Source of the DNA: a virus
Lineage: Duplodnaviria > Caudoviricetes
Virus record (IMG/VR): IMGVR_UViG_3300035135_002479
Span: 1 to 25,204 of that record
Length of the DNA stretch: 25,204 nt
Direction: 5' to 3' (one strand)
A program made the translations under genes and the position numbers. The notes below the pieces were generated by a model. It ran no database searches, was not told the origin of the DNA, and worked only from the letters and a program-made list of their open reading frames with translations. Positions 1-8,301 of this stretch are shown in pieces; within the stretch, counting starts at the first letter, position 1; every line of letters starts with the position of its first letter.

Positions 1-2
1 CC

Positions 3-728
3 ATCCAACATTTTTTGGATGTGATGTATAATGTAACAAAGAAACAAGCACTTCAGTTAGATTTAGAAACAATGTTGTACAATCAAATGGTAGAACATTT
101 CAAGAAAGAATCTGAGAAGATGGATGAGGGTATGTATCCATGTAAGAAAGAAGAGTTAGGTGAGTTTTTCGAAGATGGTAAACTTATCCTTTCATACTTT
201 ACTAAAAAGTTGGATAAGTTATATACCAAAAGTGGATTTGAATTAGTAGCAATCGAACAAAGATTAAATGCAGAAGTAAAACCAGGTGTTCATTTCATTG
301 GTTTTATTGATGTACTTCTTAAAGATAAAACTACTCAAGAATATATTATCATTGATTTAAAAACATCTACAAGGGGTTGGAGTAAATATCAAAAGAATGA
401 TAAGATAAAAACTTCTCAGATGTTATTATATAAAAAGTTTTACTCAGAAAAATATGAGATACCTTTAGATAAAATCAAAGTAGAATATCAAATCCTTAAA
501 AGAAAGATATCAGAAAACTTTGAATATCCTATACCAAGAATATCTAAATTCGTTCCTGCTAATGGTAAACCATCAGTAAACAAAGCATGGGCTGGGTTTA
601 CTAACTTTGTTGATTCTGTATTTGGTGATGCAGGTGAAGTTATTCAAAAAGAATTTCCATTTAATAAAGGAAATCATTGTAAGTGGTGTGAATTTAAAGA
701 AAGAGGACTTTGTTCAGCTTGGTCTTAA
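3..728 (+). CDS. PD-(D/E)XK nuclease, Cas4/AddB-like (5'-truncated by the window edge)
   Basis: The frame is open from nt 3 (IQHFLDVMY...), so TTG 15 is probably not the real start. Motifs GFIDVLL, IIIDLKTS and QMLLY match RecB-family motifs II/III and QxxxY. C-terminal CKWCEFKERGLC gives three Cys typical of the Fe-S staple. Confidence 0.85.
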   Translation: MQHFLDVMYNVTKKQALQLDLETMLYNQMVEHFKKESEKMDEGMYPCKKEELGEFFEDGKLILSYFTKKLDKLYTKSGFELVAIEQRLNAEVKPGVHFIGFIDVLLKDKTTQEYIIIDLKTSTRGWSKYQKNDKIKTSQMLLYKKFYSEKYEIPLDKIKVEYQILKRKISENFEYPIPRISKFVPANGKPSVNKAWAGFTNFVDSVFGDAGEVIQKEFPFNKGNHCKWCEFKERGLCSAWS

Positions 729-732
729 CAAA

Positions 733-740
733 TATTTATA
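733..740 (+). promoter_or_regulatory. TATTTATA motif, candidate phage promoter element
   Basis: Same 8-mer as at 3627 and 17141. It lies only 3 nt before ATG 744, so this copy is the least convincing. Confidence 0.25.
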
Positions 741-743
741 TTT

Positions 744-1250
744 ATGAAACTATCTAAAGAAATATTAGACGAAATTTTATACGAACTTGAAAAAACACCA
801 TTAGTAAATGAAAAAGAGTTAGAGGAACGAATTTCAATGATGCCTCAATCTTGGCCAGGAATTAAAGCTAGAACTAATTTCTTTACAAACACAATATTAA
901 CACACTATTCATTTAGAAATCCAACATTAAATAGAATATTTACAGATTTAACGAAACGAAATATAAAGGATGCAGTAAGTTTACATACAGTAGAAGTAGG
1001 AGCACCTGATGTAGGTGCAGTTTCGCATATAGATACTCATTCACATCTTACCATAAACATTTTACTTGAAGATAATTTTGAAGGAGGTGAATTTTATTTA
1101 AACCATAAAAAGTATGATGGATTACGAGAAAAAGGAGATTATGTGTTTTATAATGGAACTAAAGAGTATCACGAGGTTAAGCCAATAACAAAAGGAAAAA
1201 GAAAATCTTTAATTGTGTGGTATGTTGAAGAAAAAACAGATTTATTTTAA
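744..1250 (+). CDS. 2OG-Fe(II) oxygenase (prolyl-4-hydroxylase-like), paralog A
   Basis: HxD (SHID), LTINILLEDNFEGGEF, distal His in YHEVKPITKGKRKSLIVW with the 2OG-binding Arg. Confidence 0.85.
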   Translation: MKLSKEILDEILYELEKTPLVNEKELEERISMMPQSWPGIKARTNFFTNTILTHYSFRNPTLNRIFTDLTKRNIKDAVSLHTVEVGAPDVGAVSHIDTHSHLTINILLEDNFEGGEFYLNHKKYDGLREKGDYVFYNGTKEYHEVKPITKGKRKSLIVWYVEEKTDLF

Positions 1251-1318
1251 TGAAACTATCAAAAGAAATATTAGACGAACTTATATACGAACTTGAAAAA
1301 ACACCATTAGTAAATGAA
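744..1318 (+). repeat. Direct repeat of the first 69 nt of the two oxygenase genes (744-812 and 1250-1318)
   Basis: 66/69 nt identical by manual alignment. A second, perfectly identical 31-nt block lies at 1194-1224 and 1691-1721. Confidence 0.9.
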
Positions 1319-1744
1319 CAAGAATGGAAGAAAAGAATTCGTTTTAATGATGCTTTTAGACGAATAATAAAATTTGATGACTACTCCGATACAACAACAG
1401 TACATTATTCTTTCAGAAATGAAAACCTAAATAAGATTTTAACTAAAATTAGTAAAAGAGATATAAAAGATGCATTAACTTTACATACAGTTGAAGCAGA
1501 ACCACCTCAAACTTCAATAGAACATACTGATAAAGCTTCTTATCTTACCTTAAACATTTTACTTGAAGATGATTTTGAGGGTGGATATCTTTATATAAAT
1601 GGAAAAAAAATAAATGATTATAAAAAGAGTGGAGATTATATAATGTATAATGGATGTGAGGAACCACATTCAGTTTCACCTATAATAAAGGGAAAAAGAA
1701 AATCTTTAATTGTGTGGTATGGTAAAAATAAACAAGCTATATAG
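1250..1744 (+). CDS. 2OG-Fe(II) oxygenase (prolyl-4-hydroxylase-like), paralog B
   Basis: HxD (EHTD), LTLNILLEDDFEGGYL, PHSVSPIIKGKRKSLIVW. TAATG overlap with paralog A. Confidence 0.85.
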   Translation: MKLSKEILDELIYELEKTPLVNEQEWKKRIRFNDAFRRIIKFDDYSDTTTVHYSFRNENLNKILTKISKRDIKDALTLHTVEAEPPQTSIEHTDKASYLTLNILLEDDFEGGYLYINGKKINDYKKSGDYIMYNGCEEPHSVSPIIKGKRKSLIVWYGKNKQAI

Positions 1745-1750
1745 TATCTT

Positions 1751-2281
1751 ATGGATTATAAAAAAATAGTTCAATTAAGGTTGTTTCGTAAAGATATGAA
1801 ACCTATCGAATCTGATGATAGGTATGGTAATTCCTTTGTAACAATTTCCAATTTTGAAAAAAATATTTCTAACTTAGAACAAGTAATTAATTTCTTACAT
1901 CAAGATTTAGTATGGGATGGTATTCCAACAATCGAAGAAGTAGAAGAAAGATTAACGTTTGGTTCTGTATGTATGTTATGGGAGTTTGAAAATAAAGTAG
2001 TTGGTTGGTCTTGGTTAAACAACGAATGTATAACTATTGATTGGAAAACAGAATATACTCCTTTAAAAGAAAAAACAGAGCAATATGGTGGAGGTGCATT
2101 TTTATCCAAGTTAAACAAAGCAGAAGCATCATCAGGATACAAATTTTATAGATATGGTATAGAAAATATGTTTCGATATTTTGATAAAGAAATATTATAT
2201 CTTTATGCTGATGATTGGAATAGAGCATCATCTATAATTTGTTATAAAATGGGGTTTGAACAATTTAATTTTTTAAAATAG
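1751..2281 (+). CDS. GNAT-fold N-acetyltransferase-like protein
   Basis: KVVGWSWL strand, a degenerate motif A region, and C-terminal LYADDWNRASSIICYKMGF matching the GNAT N-x-x-S...Y-x-K/x-x-GF motif. Confidence 0.6.
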   Translation: MDYKKIVQLRLFRKDMKPIESDDRYGNSFVTISNFEKNISNLEQVINFLHQDLVWDGIPTIEEVEERLTFGSVCMLWEFENKVVGWSWLNNECITIDWKTEYTPLKEKTEQYGGGAFLSKLNKAEASSGYKFYRYGIENMFRYFDKEILYLYADDWNRASSIICYKMGFEQFNFLK

Positions 2282-2285
2282 GTTT

Positions 2286-2960
2286 ATGGAAACTTGTATT
2301 ATAAAAGGACCATCTGATTGTAAAATATCAATAAATCACGAACCTCAACATAATGGTGGTGGCCCTTTATTTATTGAACAATTTCTTTCTAAGCCAAATA
2401 TTTTAAAAAAGTTTACCGCTAAAAAAAATGTTATGGAAATGTGTAGTGGGCCTGGTTTTATGGGATATTTTTTAGCTCATCAACTAAAATTACAAGATGC
2501 ATATTTTGTAGATATAAATCCACAAGTAGAAGAATGTTATTCAATCAATAAAGAAAGAGTTGATTTTAATGTTCATTTCACCTTATCAGATGGGTTTTCT
2601 TCTTATACAGGTCCAAATGTAGATTTAATAGTTTTAAATCCACCTCATTTAGTAAAAGAAGAAGATTTTCAGTACTTCACAAAAGCTGTACCTGCGTGGT
2701 TTCCAATAGATACTGTAGAAAAAGAGAAACAATCGAGATTGATTGTATTAGATGAAGGTTTTAAATTTCATACCGAATTCTGTAATCAAGTATATGATAA
2801 ACTAAATACAAATGGACAAATAGCATTCTTAGAACATGGAGGATATATTCCTCATACAAGATTACAGAAACATTTAGGTGATAAATTTCATTATGAACTT
2901 GTTAAATCTACTGATTCAAACGCAAAACATTTTTATTTACTAATAGCAACTAAAAAATGA
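2286..2960 (+). CDS. Class I SAM-dependent methyltransferase (PrmC/MTS-like, NPPH motif)
   Basis: Motif I VMEMCSGPGFMG, motif II VDINP, SDGF, motif IV DLIVLNPPH. Confidence 0.8.
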   Translation: METCIIKGPSDCKISINHEPQHNGGGPLFIEQFLSKPNILKKFTAKKNVMEMCSGPGFMGYFLAHQLKLQDAYFVDINPQVEECYSINKERVDFNVHFTLSDGFSSYTGPNVDLIVLNPPHLVKEEDFQYFTKAVPAWFPIDTVEKEKQSRLIVLDEGFKFHTEFCNQVYDKLNTNGQIAFLEHGGYIPHTRLQKHLGDKFHYELVKSTDSNAKHFYLLIATKK

Positions 2961-3604
2961 TTTATACAACAATGTGTATTGGTTCTCATTGGGTTAATAG
3001 ATTTTCTCATGAAATCAATAATTTTGCAAAGTTTAATAAAGTAATAGTTCTTACTGATGATGTAAGTAAATTTGATAATTGTGAAGTAATAGAACATAAC
3101 AAAGATTTATTTAGTTATTACGATAAACTTATACTTTTATTTAACGTAATGCAAGATAAAAAAGAAAGAGTTGCTTATGTTGATGCTGATAAATTTTCTA
3201 CATTACCAAAAATTGAATATGATAATGAATCGTGTTATGTGTATAACATTTTAAATAAAGATGCTTTTGTATCTATTTTAGAAGAATTAGATATTAATAA
3301 ACTTATCTCTAAAATAAATAAAAAAATAAATTCTGATTTTAAATTTACTCATTATCTACAAGAAAATCTTATATCTATTCCTTACACAAATAATTTTTTA
3401 GATATTAAAAAAGATATTGAATTGTGTAAAGAAGTTGTAGAAGAGTATTGTAATCAAAGAGATTGGAATAATCTTCAATTAAAAAGATATTCTGAACATG
3501 GTGTTGGGTATGCTGAAGGAAGTGCTTTAACAGTAATATTATCTAAGTACAACATAAGTTCGAAAAATATGTATAACAAATTTCAAGAAAAAAGTATTCT
3601 TTAG
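2957..3604 (+). CDS. Hypothetical protein, possible GT-A glycosyltransferase
   Basis: N-terminal IYTTMCIG strand, VIVLTDD and a DxD motif (YVDAD). ATGA overlap with the upstream gene. Confidence 0.45.
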   Translation: MIYTTMCIGSHWVNRFSHEINNFAKFNKVIVLTDDVSKFDNCEVIEHNKDLFSYYDKLILLFNVMQDKKERVAYVDADKFSTLPKIEYDNESCYVYNILNKDAFVSILEELDINKLISKINKKINSDFKFTHYLQENLISIPYTNNFLDIKKDIELCKEVVEEYCNQRDWNNLQLKRYSEHGVGYAEGSALTVILSKYNISSKNMYNKFQEKSIL

Positions 3605-3626
3605 TTCTGTTTTTTATATTTGTATA

Positions 3627-3634
3627 TATTTATA
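3627..3634 (+). promoter_or_regulatory. TATTTATA motif, candidate phage promoter upstream of the RHH/glycan operon
   Basis: Lies in the 51-nt intergenic gap, followed by AAGGA (3646-3650) and ATG 3656. Confidence 0.45.
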
Positions 3635-3655
3635 TAAAATACTAAAAGGATAGTT

Positions 3656-3850
3656 ATGGCAGAAACAAAATTAACAACTGTAAAAATCGTAAAAGATATT
3701 TACTCATCGTTTAAAAGAATTTCATTTGATTCCAATATTACACTTCAAAAATTGGTAAATCGTTCAGTACACAAATATATTAATGAAGAGCAATTCAGAG
3801 ATGAAGTAAATAACTATGAGGAACTACAAGTAAGTGGTTCACAATTTTAA
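3656..3850 (+). CDS. Small protein, ribbon-helix-helix-like DNA-binding candidate
   Basis: Alternating strand KLTTVKIV, helix KDIYSSFKRISF, turn, then TLQKLVNRSVHKYI, which fits the RHH pattern. SD-like AAGGA upstream. Confidence 0.55.
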   Translation: MAETKLTTVKIVKDIYSSFKRISFDSNITLQKLVNRSVHKYINEEQFRDEVNNYEELQVSGSQF

Positions 3851-3852
3851 TT

Positions 3853-3990
3853 ATGAGAAAACAAGATAACGGAAATTCACAACTTAATCAAACTCGTGAA
3901 GAGTTTAATGATAGGTTACATCGTAAAATATTTTTAGGTAATACACCAAGAGTTCAATGGAACTCATCACGCAGATTTAGAACAATTTAA
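3853..3990 (+). CDS. 45-aa basic hypothetical protein (not in the ORF track)
   Basis: My translation: MRKQDNGNSQLNQTREEFNDRLHRKIFLGNTPRVQWNSSRRFRTI*. It fills the gap, starting 2 nt after the RHH stop and ending 10 nt before ATG 4001. Confidence 0.6.
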   Translation: MRKQDNGNSQLNQTREEFNDRLHRKIFLGNTPRVQWNSSRRFRTI

Positions 3991-4000
3991 TTCCACATAA

Positions 4001-5389
4001 ATGGCAAAAAAGAAAAAGATTTTATTACTTTCTGATGATTTGAGAATGTCATCGGGTATCGCAACAGTATCTAAAGAATTTGTAATGGATACTTTTGATA
4101 AATTTGATTGGGTTCAATTAGGAGCCGCAGTAAATCATCCTGAAAAAGGAAAAGAAATAGATTTAGGTGAAGATGCAAGAAAAACAAGTGGAATAGAAGA
4201 TGCTTCTTTAAAAATTATACCTTGGACGGGATATGGTGATGCGAATGTTCTTAGAGAACTAATTATGAGACATCAGCCAGATGCAATCTTACATTTTACA
4301 GACCCAAGATATTGGAGGTGGTTGTATGAAATAGAATCTGAAATTAGACAAAATATTCCAATTCTATTCTATCATATTTGGGATGACTTACCAGACCCTC
4401 ATTATAATAGAAGTTATTATGAATCGTGTGATTGGTTAGGGTGTATTTCAAGACAAACTTATGGTATCGTAAGTAGAGTTGGTAAATTAGAATCAGAAAC
4501 AATCAAACCTTTAGAAGATTGGCAGGTAGACTATGTACCTCATGGTATAAATTCAGATATCTACAAACCAACTGAAGTACCTGAAGATTTTAGAAAACAA
4601 GTTCTTGGTGATAAAGATTATAAGTTTGTTTTATTTTGGATGAACAGAAATATCAAAAGAAAACAACCATCTGATGTAATTTGGGCTTTTAAACAATTCA
4701 AAGATGGGTTACCAAAGAAAGACCAAGATAAAGTTTGTTTAATAATGCATACCGCACCTGTTGACCAAAATGGTACAAATTTAATAGAAGTTCAAAAAAG
4801 AATAGCACCAGATTGTGATATTAAGTTTTCAACAGATAGAATTTCACAACAACAATTAAATTATCTTTACAACTTATCAGATTGTACAATCAACATTGCA
4901 GGTAACGAAGGATTCGGATTAACAACTGCTGAATCAGTAATGGCAGGAACACCAATTATTGTAAACGTTACTGGTGGATTACAAGACCAATGTGGTTTCA
5001 AAAAGAAATCAGATGGTAAATACTTCACTGCTGAAGATTACAAACAAATTGGTTCACTTCACAATTATAGAGAATGGGAAGATAAAGTAACTCATGGTCA
5101 ATGGGTAAAACCAGTATGGCCAAGAACCCAAACTATGGTTGGTTCAGTTCCTACTCCTTATATTATTGATGATAAAGTAGATGTAGTTGAAGTTGCAGAA
5201 GCAATTAGATATTGGTATGATATTCCAAGACAAGAAAGAAAGAACAGAGGAATGATTGGAAGAGAAGAGTTCTTAGGTGAAATGGGATTAAATGCTAAGA
5301 ACCAAAACGAATGTATGGCAAATGGTATTCTAAAAGCAATAGAAAATTGGAAACCAAAAGAAAAGTTTAACGTATATAAAATTAGATAA
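4001..5389 (+). CDS. Glycosyltransferase family 4 (GT-B)
   Basis: KILLLSDD...SGIA, YVPHGIN, NRNIKRKQ and the EX7E motif EGFGLTTAESVMAGTPII. Confidence 0.9.
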   Translation: MAKKKKILLLSDDLRMSSGIATVSKEFVMDTFDKFDWVQLGAAVNHPEKGKEIDLGEDARKTSGIEDASLKIIPWTGYGDANVLRELIMRHQPDAILHFTDPRYWRWLYEIESEIRQNIPILFYHIWDDLPDPHYNRSYYESCDWLGCISRQTYGIVSRVGKLESETIKPLEDWQVDYVPHGINSDIYKPTEVPEDFRKQVLGDKDYKFVLFWMNRNIKRKQPSDVIWAFKQFKDGLPKKDQDKVCLIMHTAPVDQNGTNLIEVQKRIAPDCDIKFSTDRISQQQLNYLYNLSDCTINIAGNEGFGLTTAESVMAGTPIIVNVTGGLQDQCGFKKKSDGKYFTAEDYKQIGSLHNYREWEDKVTHGQWVKPVWPRTQTMVGSVPTPYIIDDKVDVVEVAEAIRYWYDIPRQERKNRGMIGREEFLGEMGLNAKNQNECMANGILKAIENWKPKEKFNVYKIR

Positions 5390-6648
5390 TGAGTAAACCA
5401 CTATTAGTATTTCAAGCACCAATAGCAACAAGAAGTGGATATGGTGACCATTCAAGAGATATTTTGAAATCACTCTTTGAATTAGATAAGTATGATATTA
5501 AAGTTGTACCAACAAGATGGGGAAATACTCCACAAGACCAATTAAATCCACAAGATGAATTTGGAAAAAAGGTTATAGAAAATATAGCAGTTAATATAAA
5601 CAAACAACCTGATATCTTTATACAAATATCAGTAGCTAATGAGTTTAGAAGAGTTGGTAAATATAACATAGGAATTACCGCAGGTGTTGAAACTACACTT
5701 GCACCACAAGAATTCATTCAAGGTTCTAACCAAATGGATTTAATTATAACACCATCTCAGTTTACCAAAGATGTATTAGTTAAAACTTCTTATGACCAAG
5801 TAGATAAGAACACTAAACAAAAAGTTGGTGAATTAAAAGTACAAAAACCCGTTGAGGTTTTATTTGAAGGAGTTAATACTGAAATATTCAATGGTAAATC
5901 TTCAATATCTATTTTAGATTCAGTTGATACTGATTTTAATTTCTTATTTGTAGGACATTGGTTGGCAGGAGATTTAGGACATGATAGAAAAGATGTAGGA
6001 ATGATGATTAAAACATTCTGTACAGTATTCAAAGACCTACCAAAGAAACAACAACCAGGTCTTATTCTTAAAACTTCTCAAGCAGGATTTTCTGTAATGG
6101 AAAGAGAAAATATAGCACAGAAAATAAAAGATATAACAAATCAGTTTGGTGATAAATGCCCACCTATTCATTTGGTATTCGGTGATTTATCAGAAGAACA
6201 ACTTAATTCACTTTACAATGATGATAAAGTAAAAGCAAAGATAATGTTTACGAAGGGAGAAGGATATGGTAGACCTCTCGCAGAGTTTGCTACAACCGGT
6301 AAGCCAATAATTGTTTCAAAATGGAGTGGACATACTGATTTCTTACCAGAAGAAAATACACATTACTTAGAAGGTGAATTAAAACAAGTACATCAAACAT
6401 CTCAAAACAAATTCTTACTTAAAGATGCAAAATGGTTTTATGTAGATTATTCAAAAGCAGCTGGAGTTATCTTTGATGTATTTAAAAATTATAAAAAAAG
6501 TTTAAGTAAATCACAAGGATTAAAACAAAATATAAACACTAACTTTAGTTTAGAAAAACAAACCGAAGTACTAAAAGGTATTTTGGATAAATACGTTAAG
6601 GTTGCCAAACCAATGGAACTTAAATTACCTGAAATTAAAAAATTATAA
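5389..6648 (+). CDS. Glycosyltransferase family 4 (GT-B)
   Basis: SGYG near the N-terminus, FLFVGHW...RKDVG and the EX7E motif EGYGRPLAEFATTGKPII. Confidence 0.88.
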   Translation: MSKPLLVFQAPIATRSGYGDHSRDILKSLFELDKYDIKVVPTRWGNTPQDQLNPQDEFGKKVIENIAVNINKQPDIFIQISVANEFRRVGKYNIGITAGVETTLAPQEFIQGSNQMDLIITPSQFTKDVLVKTSYDQVDKNTKQKVGELKVQKPVEVLFEGVNTEIFNGKSSISILDSVDTDFNFLFVGHWLAGDLGHDRKDVGMMIKTFCTVFKDLPKKQQPGLILKTSQAGFSVMERENIAQKIKDITNQFGDKCPPIHLVFGDLSEEQLNSLYNDDKVKAKIMFTKGEGYGRPLAEFATTGKPIIVSKWSGHTDFLPEENTHYLEGELKQVHQTSQNKFLLKDAKWFYVDYSKAAGVIFDVFKNYKKSLSKSQGLKQNINTNFSLEKQTEVLKGILDKYVKVAKPMELKLPEIKKL

Positions 6649-6651
6649 TGA

Positions 6652-7176
6652 ATGGCATTTACAAGGCAATACAAAGCATTTCTCAGACCCGAAAAAAGAA
6701 TTTCTCGTAATCAAATAAGACCGAGAAACATTTATCGTATTACAACCTATCGTGGTGGAGAACCTGCTACAAAAAGTGGTGAAGATGCACGATACATATT
6801 TGTAATCGGTATTGTTGGTAATAAGGTTCACGCAATCAAACTAAATCCAATCAGACCTATTGATTTTACTAACTTTATTGGTAAGTTAAGAGATAGGAGA
6901 ATACCAATTGGTTCAGACCAAGCATTAGAACTTTTACTAAAAAGGTTTAGTAAAGATGGTAATATTCTATTTGAAGCATATGTTAAAAATAATTCTAAAA
7001 TTTATTCTCGTTCTCTTTCAAATTACAGAACTTACATTTTAAATAGTATAGTAAATGTATATGAAATTAGATTTGAAGAAGATGCACTTAGAAGATTATT
7101 TGGAGAACCAAATACAACATCAACTCGTAGACAGGTAATTCAAGATGAAATAAACGAAGATACTGATGAAGATTAG
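6652..7176 (+). CDS. Basic hypothetical protein with acidic tail
   Basis: 174-aa ORF tightly packed between neighbours, Arg-rich. Faint resemblance to T4 gp2-type proteins (see findings). Confidence 0.7.
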   Translation: MAFTRQYKAFLRPEKRISRNQIRPRNIYRITTYRGGEPATKSGEDARYIFVIGIVGNKVHAIKLNPIRPIDFTNFIGKLRDRRIPIGSDQALELLLKRFSKDGNILFEAYVKNNSKIYSRSLSNYRTYILNSIVNVYEIRFEEDALRRLFGEPNTTSTRRQVIQDEINEDTDED

Positions 7177-7786
7177 TTACGCAATAACAGTACATAATGA
7201 GTTAGAAGAACTAACTAAGTTATTAGATTTTCTAAATAACAAAATCAGAGAAGAAGATGAAATCGTAATCCAATACGATGAAGGTGGTGTAACTGATGAA
7301 GTATTAGAATTTTTAAAAATAAAAAAAGAAATTCATGGATATACTGTAGTAGGATTTCCTCTTAACAAGGATTTTGCATCATACAAAAATAATCTTAAAG
7401 CAAATTGTAAAGGTGATTATATCTTTCAAATAGATGCTGATGAGATTCCACATGAAGTTATGGTTGCATATCTACCAGAAGTATTAGAAACAAATCCAGT
7501 CGATATCATTTTCGTACCAAGAGTAAATACAGTTAATGGTTTAACTCAAAAACACATTAGTAAATGGAAATGGAATGTAAATGAAAAAGGGTGGGTTAAT
7601 TGGCCTGATTATCAAACAAGAATTTACAGAAATACAGAAGATGTAACTTGGATGAATAAGGTACATGAAAAGATTACAGGTTATGATACATTCTCAAACT
7701 TTCCAGCGGAAGAACATTGGGCATTGTATCATCCTAAACAAATTAAAAGACAAGAACAACAAAACGAATTTTACGAAACAATTTAA
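7166..7786 (+). CDS. Glycosyltransferase family 2 (WaaE/LgtF beta-1,4-glucosyltransferase-like)
   Basis: KISYAITVHNE, DFASYKN, DYIFQIDADE, WPDYQTRIYRN and VHE motifs. Confidence 0.85.
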   Translation: MKISYAITVHNELEELTKLLDFLNNKIREEDEIVIQYDEGGVTDEVLEFLKIKKEIHGYTVVGFPLNKDFASYKNNLKANCKGDYIFQIDADEIPHEVMVAYLPEVLETNPVDIIFVPRVNTVNGLTQKHISKWKWNVNEKGWVNWPDYQTRIYRNTEDVTWMNKVHEKITGYDTFSNFPAEEHWALYHPKQIKRQEQQNEFYETI

Positions 7787-7788
7787 TT

Positions 7789-8094
7789 ATGGAAGGACAA
7801 TTTAAACCATTAGGTGATAGAGTATTAATTAAACCTAATAAAAAAGAAGAAACCAAAACAAAAGGTGGTATTATTATAGCAGAATCAATGACACAAAACC
7901 AAAAAGTTTATGGTGAAGTAATATCAATTGGTACAGGTATATTCTCTCAAAGTGGAGAAAGAATACCAATGACTGTAAAGGTTGGTGATACTGTAATGTA
8001 TGAAAAATCACATGGTACCAATGAAATAGAAATTGGTGATGAAAAATTTATACTATTTAATGAACACCAATTAATTGGTATAGTAAGAAGTTAA
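7789..8094 (+). CDS. groES: Co-chaperonin GroES (Cpn10)
   Basis: FKPLGDRVLIK, mobile loop ETKTKGGIII, GEVISIGTG, PMTVKVGDTV. Confidence 0.95.
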   Translation: MEGQFKPLGDRVLIKPNKKEETKTKGGIIIAESMTQNQKVYGEVISIGTGIFSQSGERIPMTVKVGDTVMYEKSHGTNEIEIGDEKFILFNEHQLIGIVRS

Positions 8095-8301
8095 ATGTTT
8101 GTAGAAACCAAACAAAGAACAATATTAAAAACTATCAGTTGGAGAATGGTAGCAATACTAAACTCTTTTTTAGTATTAACTGTAAACGTAACTGATAGTA
8201 ACTTTTTAAATGCACTTTATATGAACATTACAGGTTTTGTTGTATATTATGTATTTGAAAGAATTTGGAATAAAGTAAAATATGGAAAGGTAAATAAATG
8301 A
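8095..8301 (+). CDS. DUF2061-family small membrane protein
   Basis: ETKQRTILKTISWR and YYVFERIWNKVKYG signature around two hydrophobic segments. Confidence 0.8.
   Translation: MFVETKQRTILKTISWRMVAILNSFLVLTVNVTDSNFLNALYMNITGFVVYYVFERIWNKVKYGKVNK

Noticed and set aside
744-1744. Diversity-generating retroelement TR/VR pair
   Set aside because: Both copies are intact ORFs, mismatches are not adenine-specific and there is no reverse transcriptase in the window.
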